Below, in pieces: positions 36,178 through 45,641 of a stretch of 49,404 nt of DNA. The stretch lies in NCBI GenBank assembly GCA_913050175.1, contig CAJXAF010000003.1:1-49404 (forward strand). Direction: 5' to 3'. The DNA comes from an uncultured bacterium (lineage in GTDB: Bacteria; Omnitrophota; Gorgyraeia; Duberdicusellales; 4484-171). The translations under genes and the position numbers were made by a program. The first letter of the stretch is position 1. The number at the start of each line of letters is the position of its first letter. A model generated the notes under the pieces. It saw nothing but the letters and a program-made list of their open reading frames with translations, searched no databases and had not been told where the DNA came from.

Positions 36178-36603
36178 ATGCGTTTAAGATCTAAAGCCAG
36201 AGAAATTGCCTTATGCCTTCTTTATCAGATTGAAATAACTAAATCCGGCCCCAAAGAAACTATTGAAAATTACCTCAAAAATACCCCTCAAAAAGAAGAA
36301 GTTGTAGATTTTTTCTCTCAATTAGTCGAGGGCACTGTCAGCAACATAAGCGCTATTAATGCTTTCATAGAGAAACATGTTAAGAATTGGCAGATAGATA
36401 GGATGGCTGTTATTGATCGTAGTATTTTACGAATAGCTTGTTTTGAATTAATATTTATCGACGATATACCGCCTAAAGTCTCTATCAATGAGGCTATTGA
36501 GTTAGCTAAGCGTTTTGGTGATATTGATTCACCTCGCTTTGTTAATGGAATTTTAGATAAAATATATAAAACTGAGAGCAAAAAAAATAATGAACGAGTA
36601 TAA
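36178..36603 (+). CDS. nusB: Transcription antitermination factor NusB
   Basis: RSKAREIAL, WQIDRM..IDRSILR, INEAIELAK.F, FVNGILD. Confidence 0.97.
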   Translation: MRLRSKAREIALCLLYQIEITKSGPKETIENYLKNTPQKEEVVDFFSQLVEGTVSNISAINAFIEKHVKNWQIDRMAVIDRSILRIACFELIFIDDIPPKVSINEAIELAKRFGDIDSPRFVNGILDKIYKTESKKNNERV

Positions 36604-37432
36604 GGGCCCCTGCGATTTGCATATCCACTCTAATTTTTCTGACAGCGATGCTGATATTGAAAGCATTTTTAACTATGCCAAAGAAAAGAATATGCGCTGT
36701 CTTGCAATTACTGATCATGATACTGTCAGTGGTCTATCTAAAGCTTTAAGTTTAAGCCGTAGTCTTAATATGGAGTTTATTGAAGGCATTGAATTTAGTG
36801 CTCAACATAGGAACAGCGAGGTCCACATTTTAGGTTATTTCATTAATTCAACCAATGAAAAACTTATAGATCAACTAGCTGTTATAAAAGATTTAAGAAA
36901 GGAACGTATCTTAATTATGGCAGATAAGCTTAATGGTTTGGGTTTATCCGTAGATAAAGATGAATTCCTTTCAAGGTTAACCAATACTGTTGCTACCCGA
37001 CTTCATCTAGCCTTATATTTAGTTGAGAAAAACCAAGTCAGATCATTAAAAGAAGTTTTTGGGAAATTTTTGTCTCCGGGAAGGCCAGCTTATCAGTCAC
37101 GTCTTAAACATTCAGTAAAAGATGTAGTTAGAATGATCAAGGATGTCGGTGGTTTGACTTTTATTGCTCATCCTCATATGCTGATTGATCAATCCTGGGT
37201 CCAGGAGTTTATTGGTTTTGGTCTTGACGGTCTGGAAGTATCTTATCCGGGGATGTCTGAAGCCAGAAGCTCTATGTATAGTAACATAGCTACTAAACAT
37301 AATCTTTTAAAAAGCGGTGGTTCTGATGCTCATGGCAGCTATAAGGCTTATACTAGTATCGGTTGTGTAGATGTGCCTTATCAGTGGGTTCAGGAAATGA
37401 AGAATCGGCTTGCTAGTGTTGAGTTAGCTTAG
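36590..37432 (+). CDS. PHP-domain metallophosphoesterase (YciV/TrpH-like)
   Basis: DLHIHS..SD, ITDHD, HILGY, IAHP, GGSDAHG. Confidence 0.92.
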   Translation: MNEYKGPCDLHIHSNFSDSDADIESIFNYAKEKNMRCLAITDHDTVSGLSKALSLSRSLNMEFIEGIEFSAQHRNSEVHILGYFINSTNEKLIDQLAVIKDLRKERILIMADKLNGLGLSVDKDEFLSRLTNTVATRLHLALYLVEKNQVRSLKEVFGKFLSPGRPAYQSRLKHSVKDVVRMIKDVGGLTFIAHPHMLIDQSWVQEFIGFGLDGLEVSYPGMSEARSSMYSNIATKHNLLKSGGSDAHGSYKAYTSIGCVDVPYQWVQEMKNRLASVELA

Positions 37433-37516
37433 AGCGTTTCTGTTTAATCTTGCCTTATTTATGATTACGGCTTCTTTTACAATTGATTTCAATAAAATAT
37501 TTTTAAATCTTTCACT

Positions 37517-38611
37517 ATGAGGAAAAAAGACAATTCTGACTCTTATTTTATGCAAAAAGCTCTTAATTTGGCTAAAAGAACTAAAGGTTTCACTTCGCCA
37601 AACCCGATAGTTGGGGCAGTTATAGTTAAAAATAATAAGATAATATCATCAGGATACCATAAAGCTGCTGGTAAGCCTCATGCTGAGGTTGAAGCCATAA
37701 GGAAGATAGATAAGCAATCATTAAAGGGCGCAAGCCTATATATCAACTTGGAACCCTGTTCACACTTTGGTCTGACTAGCCCTTGTGTAGATGAAATTAT
37801 AAAACATAAGTTAAAGCAAGTAGTGATATCAGTTCCTGACCCTAATCCGAAAGTTAATGGCACCTCAATTAGAAAATTAAGAAAGGCCGGAATAAAGGTC
37901 AGCCTTGGTCTATTAAAAAATGAGGCCTTAAGAGCTAATGAAGTCTTTTTTAAAAATATGTTAAAGAGATCAACTTTTGTTACCGCCAAGGTTGCCCAGA
38001 GTCTTGATGGTAAGATTGCTACGGCTAAAGGTATTTCTAAATGGATCACCTCTAAAAATAGTCGTGATTTTGCAAAATCTTTAAGGGACGAACATGACGC
38101 TATTCTGGTGGGAATTAACACAGTGATTAAAGATGACCCTCTTCTTAAAGGCAATAAAAGAAACCCTTTTAAAGTGATCATCGACCCAAGTTTAAGGATC
38201 AAGCCCAATTCAAAAATACTAAAAAACAATCCTAAAAAAGTAATAATTTTTGCAGCTAAGTCCAGTAAAAAAAAGGCAAAAAATATAAAACCAGGGGTCA
38301 GGGTTTTCTTTCTAGATAAAAATAAAGACTCAACATTGTCTTTATCTAAGATTTTGAAAATTCTTTTTAAGCTGGGTATTATGTCTGTCTTTGTTGAAGG
38401 CGGTTCTTTTACTTTGGGAAGATTTTTTGATGAAAAGCTAATTGATAAGATGCATTTTTTTATCTCAACAAAGATAATTGCCGGTAAAGATGCCCTTGGT
38501 TCAATCTCAGGAGTTGGTGCCAAAAATCCTAATTTTTGCTCTAAATTAGGAGATTTGAAAATAGAAAAAATTGACCAAGATTTGCATATTTGGGGATATC
38601 CCAGTTATTAG
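37517..38611 (+). CDS. ribD: Riboflavin biosynthesis deaminase/reductase
   Basis: PNPIVGAV, HAEVEA, LEPCSH..PC, SLDGKIA, AILVGINTV..DDP, VEGGS. Confidence 0.97.
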   Translation: MRKKDNSDSYFMQKALNLAKRTKGFTSPNPIVGAVIVKNNKIISSGYHKAAGKPHAEVEAIRKIDKQSLKGASLYINLEPCSHFGLTSPCVDEIIKHKLKQVVISVPDPNPKVNGTSIRKLRKAGIKVSLGLLKNEALRANEVFFKNMLKRSTFVTAKVAQSLDGKIATAKGISKWITSKNSRDFAKSLRDEHDAILVGINTVIKDDPLLKGNKRNPFKVIIDPSLRIKPNSKILKNNPKKVIIFAAKSSKKKAKNIKPGVRVFFLDKNKDSTLSLSKILKILFKLGIMSVFVEGGSFTLGRFFDEKLIDKMHFFISTKIIAGKDALGSISGVGAKNPNFCSKLGDLKIEKIDQDLHIWGYPSY

Positions 38612-38695
38612 GAGGAGATTTATATCCTAACCTTATAGTTTTCTATTGCCTTCCTTTTACCTTTCAAGTAAAATAATTGCAAAAGGCTAAATAAA

Positions 38696-40696
38696 ATGCT
38701 TCCTTATTTTGACGAAAATCCTAAACAACGTATACCTTATTTTACTTTTTTTCTTGTTGCCGTAAACATTGTACTCTTTTTTATTCTTAACTTTCGTCCT
38801 GACTTTGAGAATATTATTCTTCGCTTTGGATTCATCCCCGGACAATTTTCACTCCTTACTATGTTTACCAGCATCTTCTTACATGCTAGCTTTTTCCATT
38901 TAATCGGAAATATGTGGTTCTTGTGGCTTTTTGGGGATAATATCGAAGATAAAATAGGAACAGGGTTATTCATTCTCTTTTATCTATTAGGAGGAGTGTT
39001 TGCTTCCTTAGGCCATATTTTACTTTCTTCGCCAACTCTAGCTGAAATTCCCTGTATTGGAGCAAGTGGAGCGATTAGTGCAGTAATGGGTGCTTATTTT
39101 ATGCTTTTCCCTAAAGCTAAAGTAAGAACTATTTTTTTCTTATATTTCATGGCGATAAAGGTCAAGATAAGTGCCTATACTTTTCTGGGCATTTGGTTCT
39201 TACTGCAGGTGCTTTACGGAACAATAACTTCTTCTTTCTTGGGAGGGAGCAATGTTGCTTACGGTGCTCACGTAGGAGGATTTTTATTCGGCATCTTAGG
39301 TGGCGCACTTATCAAGTCTTTATTATTTAAGTCCGATACTTTGCTTATGCCTCAGGAGTTGAAAGAGAAAGAAGAAGAGAAAGAATTTGATAAAATAGTT
39401 CAGAAAGCAACTGAAGTAAAGAAAGAAAAAACTAAAGGCTTTAAGGAATTTGAAGAAGAGATTACTAAGTTTTTTGAAGAAGGTAATATTGAGAAAGCTA
39501 TTGAGTCTTATGCATTGTTTGAGCGTTATTCTATACCGGGAGCGCTTAAGCCAAAATACCAGAGTCGGATAGCAGATATATTAAATCAGAGGGGTAATAA
39601 TTTACTTGCCCTTCAGGCGTACTCACGCTTAATTTCACAATATTCTGATCATGAATGCAGTGCAGCTGCTTTTTGTCATCTGGGCATTTTGTATATTCGA
39701 GCTTTTAAAGATGCAACCGAAGGTTTTGAATACCTGAATAAAGGCCTTAAGCGGGCCGACGAAATCTCTGATAAAACTTTGATAACCGAAGCTAAAAAAG
39801 AAGTAAACAGAATCAATAAAGCTTTAAAGGTAATTTTTATGGCTTCAGCCAAAGAAAAAGGGCAATTTTGCGTTTTAGCTCAGCTTTTTGATGAGGCTCT
39901 ATGGAATAGCGATGAAATTACTAAGATCTTGCGCTCAATCGGAATGAGAGACGGTAAAAATATTGGAATGAAATTGGCTTATAATGCCGACCACAATTTA
40001 AAAAAGAAAGACGGAATTATTTTACAAAAAGTTAACAGAGAGGAAGCCTTTGAAGCTGCTAAGCTTATTCAGTCAATAGGGACTCCGGTTGTTGCAGTTG
40101 CTCAAAAAACCATTCTTGAATACCCGCTTATCCGAGATATCCGTAAAGTTAGCCTTCAAAAAGATAAAATTTCCTTTGTCGGCGAAAACAGCAAAAACTA
40201 CGAGATTGCTGTTTCTAATATTTTATATATTTGTTTATCTCAACTGCCTTATTTTATTTATGGGATGAGTGAGTCCGGAGATGGTGAAGATGATATCATG
40301 GGAGATTTAAGTTACATTACTGCCTTAACTAACTTGGGTGCTTGGAACTTATTAGCCCGAGGCAAAAAAGAAGGAAAGGTAAAAGATTTGCGATTTAACC
40401 GGCTGCTTGATATTTTTACCAATAATGGGCTTCGTCTGCGGATCAGCGATTTAAACTTTGAGTATGAGGCTGAGGATAAGCTTAAATCTGCTGAAGTTGA
40501 TAGGTTTGCCTTTATGGTTGAAGATATGGCTTCTCTTGTCGGAGGAGACAAAGTTGATCAAAGCTTAGAGTTATTTATTTCAACTAGTAAATGGGATAGC
40601 ACTTATTACCGAAATGTGCAAGAGCTTAATCATAAAGGTCTCTGGAAAATGCGGCTTCATTTAATCTACGAGGATCTTCTTAAAAGAATTAATTAA
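38696..40696 (+). CDS. Rhomboid intramembrane protease fused to TPR-like and further soluble domains
   Basis: FLHASFFHLIGNMWFLWLFGDNIED, GASGAIS (Ser), AYGAHVGG (His); then about 450 aa soluble region with helical repeats. Confidence 0.88.
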   Translation: MLPYFDENPKQRIPYFTFFLVAVNIVLFFILNFRPDFENIILRFGFIPGQFSLLTMFTSIFLHASFFHLIGNMWFLWLFGDNIEDKIGTGLFILFYLLGGVFASLGHILLSSPTLAEIPCIGASGAISAVMGAYFMLFPKAKVRTIFFLYFMAIKVKISAYTFLGIWFLLQVLYGTITSSFLGGSNVAYGAHVGGFLFGILGGALIKSLLFKSDTLLMPQELKEKEEEKEFDKIVQKATEVKKEKTKGFKEFEEEITKFFEEGNIEKAIESYALFERYSIPGALKPKYQSRIADILNQRGNNLLALQAYSRLISQYSDHECSAAAFCHLGILYIRAFKDATEGFEYLNKGLKRADEISDKTLITEAKKEVNRINKALKVIFMASAKEKGQFCVLAQLFDEALWNSDEITKILRSIGMRDGKNIGMKLAYNADHNLKKKDGIILQKVNREEAFEAAKLIQSIGTPVVAVAQKTILEYPLIRDIRKVSLQKDKISFVGENSKNYEIAVSNILYICLSQLPYFIYGMSESGDGEDDIMGDLSYITALTNLGAWNLLARGKKEGKVKDLRFNRLLDIFTNNGLRLRISDLNFEYEAEDKLKSAEVDRFAFMVEDMASLVGGDKVDQSLELFISTSKWDSTYYRNVQELNHKGLWKMRLHLIYEDLLKRIN

Positions 40697-40727
40697 AAAA
40701 ATAGGTCCAGCTAACCCATTTTTTAAT

Positions 40728-41315
40728 ATGGAAAATAATACCTATGAAACAATCCTTAAGCGGCGTACCATAAGGGCATTTAAACAGACGCCTATTCCTA
40801 AAAAGGCTATTGACATGGCTCTAAATGCAGCCCGGCTAGCCCCCTCAGCGGCAAATTATCAATTTCTTGAATACTTAGTTATTGATGATAAATCCTTACA
40901 GGATAAAATATTTCCCAATTTGCGTTGGGCCGGCTATGTAAAACCGAAGAGGGATCCTGGCCCCAACCAGCGGCCAAGACTTTATATTGCAGTTTTAAGT
41001 AATAGCCAAAAGTCTCCTAAGTGTAACCCCAGGGATATTGGCGCAGCCGTAGAAAACTTAACCTTAACTTTTCTTTCTTTTGGTATAGGTTGTTGTTGGG
41101 TTGTTGCCTTCGAGGAGGACGTAATTAGGCAGATTTTTGGTATCGCTGACTACTATATGGTTGACTCAATTATTGCAGTAGGTTACCCGGATGAATCTCC
41201 CATACTTGAGACTGATTCAGAAAATATAAAATATTGGCTGGATGAGAATAACCAGCTCCATGTTCCTAAGCGGCCGCTTAGTGACATCGTGCATTTAAAT
41301 AAGATAAAAGATTAA
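40728..41315 (+). CDS. Nitroreductase family protein
   Basis: RRTIRAF, APSAAN.Q, DIGAAVENL..GIG.CW, IAVGYP. Confidence 0.92.
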   Translation: MENNTYETILKRRTIRAFKQTPIPKKAIDMALNAARLAPSAANYQFLEYLVIDDKSLQDKIFPNLRWAGYVKPKRDPGPNQRPRLYIAVLSNSQKSPKCNPRDIGAAVENLTLTFLSFGIGCCWVVAFEEDVIRQIFGIADYYMVDSIIAVGYPDESPILETDSENIKYWLDENNQLHVPKRPLSDIVHLNKIKD

Positions 41316-41319
41316 AATT

Positions 41320-41985
41320 ATGAAAGATTTTGATGCTCTCCTAGAAACTATCAGGATTTTACGTTCGCCCAAAGGTTGTCCCTGGGATCGGGTTCAGACC
41401 GTAGATAATATGACCCACTACCTCTTAGAGGAGGTTTATGAGTTAATAGATGCTATAGCCGCAAAGAATCACAAAAGCATCAAAGAAGAACTAGGTGATA
41501 TTTTTCTTATACTTATAGTTATTGCCGAGATGTTTTCTGAAAAAAATAAATTTAAAGTTTCTGATGTTTTAAAAGAAGTAAATAAAAAGTTAATCACTCG
41601 TCATCCCCATGTTTTTTCTTCTAAAAAACTAAATACAAAAGGAGAGGTCCTAAAGCACTGGATAAAGAGTAAGGCTAAGGCAAAGAAGCGAAAGTCTATT
41701 AAAAATAGACTTCCCCTCAATGCCCCTTCTCTGCTCTTAGCTAATATATTGTTTAAGGAGCTAGCTCATGTTAAAGGCAAAAAAACCAAAGATTTACCTA
41801 TAGAGCGTATAAGTAAGAGTATAAAAAAATTAGGATCTAAGGAAAACAGTAAAAATACCCTAGCGACTCTCATGATGGATATTTGTTCTTTAGCTTATAT
41901 TCGGGGGGTTGATTTAGAGCTTGATTTACGCAAAAAAGTCTTAAAAAAAGCTGAAATAACCTCCTATAACCATAAGAAAAAATAA
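41320..41985 (+). CDS. mazG: MazG nucleoside triphosphate pyrophosphohydrolase (short, second domain degenerate)
   Basis: LRSPKGCPWDRVQT, LEEVYE, EELGD, KLITRHPHVF. Confidence 0.9.
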   Translation: MKDFDALLETIRILRSPKGCPWDRVQTVDNMTHYLLEEVYELIDAIAAKNHKSIKEELGDIFLILIVIAEMFSEKNKFKVSDVLKEVNKKLITRHPHVFSSKKLNTKGEVLKHWIKSKAKAKKRKSIKNRLPLNAPSLLLANILFKELAHVKGKKTKDLPIERISKSIKKLGSKENSKNTLATLMMDICSLAYIRGVDLELDLRKKVLKKAEITSYNHKKK

Positions 41986-42006
41986 AGGTGAATTTTAGGC
42001 TTTTTT

Positions 42007-42015
42007 TGATATAAT
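42007..42015 (+). promoter_or_regulatory. Extended -10 upstream of the PilZ gene
   Basis: TG-A-TATAAT at 42007-42015. Confidence 0.5.
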
Positions 42016-42049
42016 TATAATTACTCAGAAAGCCTTAAATTTAAGAAAC

Positions 42050-42400
42050 ATGGATAATAAAAGACGCTTAGTAAGACTTGACGTAGGAGACTTCCTCGAA
42101 GTTCGCTCTTTAAAAGAAGCAGGTAAAACTGTTTCGGCAAAGACAAAGAACCTTTCCCTTATGGGTGTTTGTTTTTCCTGCCAAATGGAGTGGAAGAAGG
42201 GGCAAGTTTTGCTCATTGATTATTTTATACCCGATGAACTCGATTCAGTTAGAATAAAAATGGCAGTGGCTTGGTCTGAGTTTATCGGTCCTGAAGATGG
42301 TTATTTTTGCGGCGGTGAAATAATCGAAGTTGAAGAATCAAAACAGGATAAGTTTTCAAATTATTACTTTAAGAAATTGCAGGATAGATTTTTAAAATAA
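42050..42400 (+). CDS. Stand-alone PilZ domain protein (putative c-di-GMP receptor)
   Basis: RRLVR (RxxxR) and NLSLMG (D/NxSxxG) motifs, beta-barrel pattern, V.W, G..; 116 aa. Confidence 0.85.
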   Translation: MDNKRRLVRLDVGDFLEVRSLKEAGKTVSAKTKNLSLMGVCFSCQMEWKKGQVLLIDYFIPDELDSVRIKMAVAWSEFIGPEDGYFCGGEIIEVEESKQDKFSNYYFKKLQDRFLK

Positions 42401-42479
42401 CCTTTCGATTCGTCTCTTCCTATCAAAAGCAACTTCTCAATATACATTATACCTATAGGTTTCTTTTCTAATAAAACTG

Positions 42480-45400
42480 ATGGATAAAAATAATCAGGTA
42501 CCTAGCCTTAATTTTCCCCAGGTAGTTGTAGTAGAGGCTTCTGCCGGTTCAGGTAAGACTTATGCGCTTGCTAAGCGCTACCTTCAACTTTTAATTAACC
42601 CCAAGGTAAGCTTAGATCAAATACCGCTTCGATCCGTCTTAGCTATAACTTTTACTAACAAAGCTATGTTGGAGATGAAAGAGAGAATATTATATTTTTT
42701 AAAAAGAATAGCTTTGGATAATTTTGAGGATAAAGCCGAAGAAGCTGAAGTTATTAGTCTTCTTGGCGTAGATGAAAACACAGCTCGCCTAAAGGCAAAA
42801 ATCTTAGTTGATCTCATAATAAAGAATTATAATTTTTTCCAAATTCAAACAATCGACAGTTTTATCAATGCCCTTCTTTTAGGCTCAGCAATAAATATTG
42901 ACCGTTCTGCCCATTTTAAAATTAAACGCGACTATCGTAAATACTTAGCCTATTGTTTAGATTTAGTCATTGAGCGAGCCCAGAAAGATCCAGGAATCTA
43001 TTCACTTATGGAGGAGTTTTTGCGTCATTATCTTTTTGTTGAAAACCGTAGCGGTTGGTTTCCTCGGGATGATATATTATTGTTTATCCAGACTATTTTT
43101 AGATTAGTTAATAAGCAAGGAAAGACTTTCATAGAAAACCAGGGATCGACCTCAGATATTATAAAACAAAAAAAAGTAATATATAAAAAAATCCTTACCC
43201 TTTCGCAAAATCTCCCTCAAAAAATGAATGCTAATACTAAAAGACACATTTTAAGTTTTTTAGAAAAAAATAAAGATAGTTTCGATATATCCAGTTTGCC
43301 GGCTGCTTTTGCCAGTAAAAATCCTCCTCTTAATAAAGGCGCAGAATTGGAAGTTGGTTTCTCTAATAAGTGGAAAGATATATCTAAAGCCTTAACTGAG
43401 TTAGTTGAGCTGGATTCAGAAGTTGCCTACAATCCTTATATAAAGCTTTTTTCTGAACTCCTTGATTTTTTTCAATTAGTTTCTAAAAAAGAGGATATTT
43501 TATTCCTTGAAGAGCTCAATAGAAAGGTTGGTCTTCTCTTTGATGAGGGCGGAGTCACTGTAGCTGAAATTTATTATCGCTTGGCTACAAGATTTAAACA
43601 CTATCTAATTGATGAGTTTCAGGACACAAGCGTTCTCCAGTGGCAGAATCTTTATTTAATGGTTGAGGATGCTTTATCCTGTGGAGGAACTCTTTTTTAC
43701 GTTGGTGATAAAAAGCAAGCTATCTATCGTTTTCGCGGAGGTCAGGCTCAACTCTTCGATAGGGTAAAAGGAGGCTTTAGCCACTTTAACGTAAGTCCGG
43801 TTCATTTAAAGAAAAACTGGCGCAGCCAGAAAGCAATAGTCGATTTTAACAATAGGATTTTCTCCCTAAATAATTTAAAGACCGCTCTTATAAACAGCAA
43901 AATGGCTGAGGATATCGGTGGAGGCCAGGACTTGGAAGAAGTCCTTGGTGTTTTTTCTGATGCTGATCAGGAGATTAAAAAAGAGAATAGCGGTGGTTTT
44001 GTATCAGTTAAAAGGCTTGATGAAAGCAATCAATCCCAACGTGATGAAATAATGAAAAGTGAACTCTTAAGTTTAACAGCTGAGTTAAAAAGGAGTTTTA
44101 GGTTGGAAGATATAGCTATTTTGGCCCGCAACAATAATGAAGTCGAGCTTCTGACATCCTGGCTCTTAGAAGCTAATATAGCTGTAGAATCTGAGAAGAC
44201 TTTAAATGTTTTAGAAAACTCACAAATTAGAGAGTTAGTATCTTTCTTGAAGTTTCTCTATTGCCCGCGTGATGATCTAAGTTTGGCGTCATTTATTTTA
44301 GGAGATATTTTTTCAAAAATTACTTCTATACCACCTGAGCAAATGCACCAGTACCTTTTTTCTTTGAAAAAGAAAAAAGGTAACGGTCTTCCCAGAGAGT
44401 CTCTCTTTGAGCGCTTCTCCCAAGAGAAAAAATTTAAGAAGTTTCTCAAAGAATATTTTATTGATTTTATAGAAATGACAGGAGTCGTCTCTTCCTATGA
44501 GCTGGTAGTATCAATTTACCAACGTTTTAACCTCTTAGGTAACTTCAGCCAATTACAGGCATTTTTTATGAAATTTCTCGAACTTATCAAAACAAAGGAG
44601 GAAGATTGTACAGGTTTAAATGCTTTTCTTCTTTATTTAGATGATGCTGAAGCCTTAGATCTTTATGTAAGTGTTGCCAGAAGTAATTCCCTTAAAGTTT
44701 TAACTGTTCATAAGGCCAAAGGTTTAGAATTTGAAGTGGTAATCATTCCTTTTTTGCGAATTGACATTACTCCTGAAACTGCCGGCAAAGGCAGCAGCTC
44801 TTATGTAACTTCAAAGGGGAGTAGCGACTTTTCTCTTCTGCGGATTACAAAAAACCACAGGCAGTACTCTAAAAACTTAAAAATAATTTATTCAGAAAAC
44901 TATAAAAAGGCTTGCATTGATGAGCTTAATAATCTTTATGTCGCCTTAACCAGGGCTAAGAGTGAGCTCTATATATATTTACCGAAGAAAAGCGCTGCAT
45001 CTAGTAATAAAGCCACCTTTTTTATACCCAATGAGGTAACTATTTCAGGAAAGAGAAGAACTCTAAGCAGTGAGAGCCATGCAAAAGAAGAGGCTTTGAT
45101 TGAAATTGACCCATCTAAGTACAAGGATTGGATTTCTACTTTGGAAGAAGAATTTACCACCAAGGCTGAGGTCATAAACAGGGAAAAAATAAGAGAGGGC
45201 AAGATAATCCATGCTATTTTATCCCGGATTAATAACTGCCAGGGTAAAGATCTTAATATAATTATTGAGTCTGCTTATAATTATGCTAAGAGTCTTTATA
45301 AATTGTCCGAAGATCTACCATATTATAAAGAAAAACTTACAGCTATTATTATAAGGAAGAACTTAAAAGATATTTTTTATCCCAAAGATGCAGAAGTCTT

Positions 45401-45641
45401 TTGTGAAAAAGAAGTCATAGATATAAATGGCAATTCAAAGCGAATAGATCGCCTTATTGTTAAAAGCGATCAAGTCTGGGTAGTAGATTATAAGAGCTCG
45501 GCCAACGATAAAAATCAGGATCACAGCCAAGTGGTTAGCTACATAAAAATAATTACCAATATTTATCCAAAAGCAAAGGTTAGAGGATTCCTGCTCTATC
45601 TTAATGATTTATCTTTAGAGGAGGCAGGACTTAAATCATGA
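42480..45641 (+). CDS. addA: UvrD-family helicase with C-terminal PD-(D/E)xK nuclease (AddA-like)
   Basis: ASAGSGKT, ITFTNKA, IDEFQDTS, GDKKQAIYRFRG, NWRS, TVHKAKGLEF, YVALTRAK, RIDRL..VDYKS. Confidence 0.9.
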   Translation: MDKNNQVPSLNFPQVVVVEASAGSGKTYALAKRYLQLLINPKVSLDQIPLRSVLAITFTNKAMLEMKERILYFLKRIALDNFEDKAEEAEVISLLGVDENTARLKAKILVDLIIKNYNFFQIQTIDSFINALLLGSAINIDRSAHFKIKRDYRKYLAYCLDLVIERAQKDPGIYSLMEEFLRHYLFVENRSGWFPRDDILLFIQTIFRLVNKQGKTFIENQGSTSDIIKQKKVIYKKILTLSQNLPQKMNANTKRHILSFLEKNKDSFDISSLPAAFASKNPPLNKGAELEVGFSNKWKDISKALTELVELDSEVAYNPYIKLFSELLDFFQLVSKKEDILFLEELNRKVGLLFDEGGVTVAEIYYRLATRFKHYLIDEFQDTSVLQWQNLYLMVEDALSCGGTLFYVGDKKQAIYRFRGGQAQLFDRVKGGFSHFNVSPVHLKKNWRSQKAIVDFNNRIFSLNNLKTALINSKMAEDIGGGQDLEEVLGVFSDADQEIKKENSGGFVSVKRLDESNQSQRDEIMKSELLSLTAELKRSFRLEDIAILARNNNEVELLTSWLLEANIAVESEKTLNVLENSQIRELVSFLKFLYCPRDDLSLASFILGDIFSKITSIPPEQMHQYLFSLKKKKGNGLPRESLFERFSQEKKFKKFLKEYFIDFIEMTGVVSSYELVVSIYQRFNLLGNFSQLQAFFMKFLELIKTKEEDCTGLNAFLLYLDDAEALDLYVSVARSNSLKVLTVHKAKGLEFEVVIIPFLRIDITPETAGKGSSSYVTSKGSSDFSLLRITKNHRQYSKNLKIIYSENYKKACIDELNNLYVALTRAKSELYIYLPKKSAASSNKATFFIPNEVTISGKRRTLSSESHAKEEALIEIDPSKYKDWISTLEEEFTTKAEVINREKIREGKIIHAILSRINNCQGKDLNIIIESAYNYAKSLYKLSEDLPYYKEKLTAIIIRKNLKDIFYPKDAEVFCEKEVIDINGNSKRIDRLIVKSDQVWVVDYKSSANDKNQDHSQVVSYIKIITNIYPKAKVRGFLLYLNDLSLEEAGLKS

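Noticed and set aside
37678-38523. 281-aa antisense ORF opposite ribD
   Set aside because: It lies fully inside ribD on the opposite strand, has no recognisable motifs and reads as a typical codon shadow.
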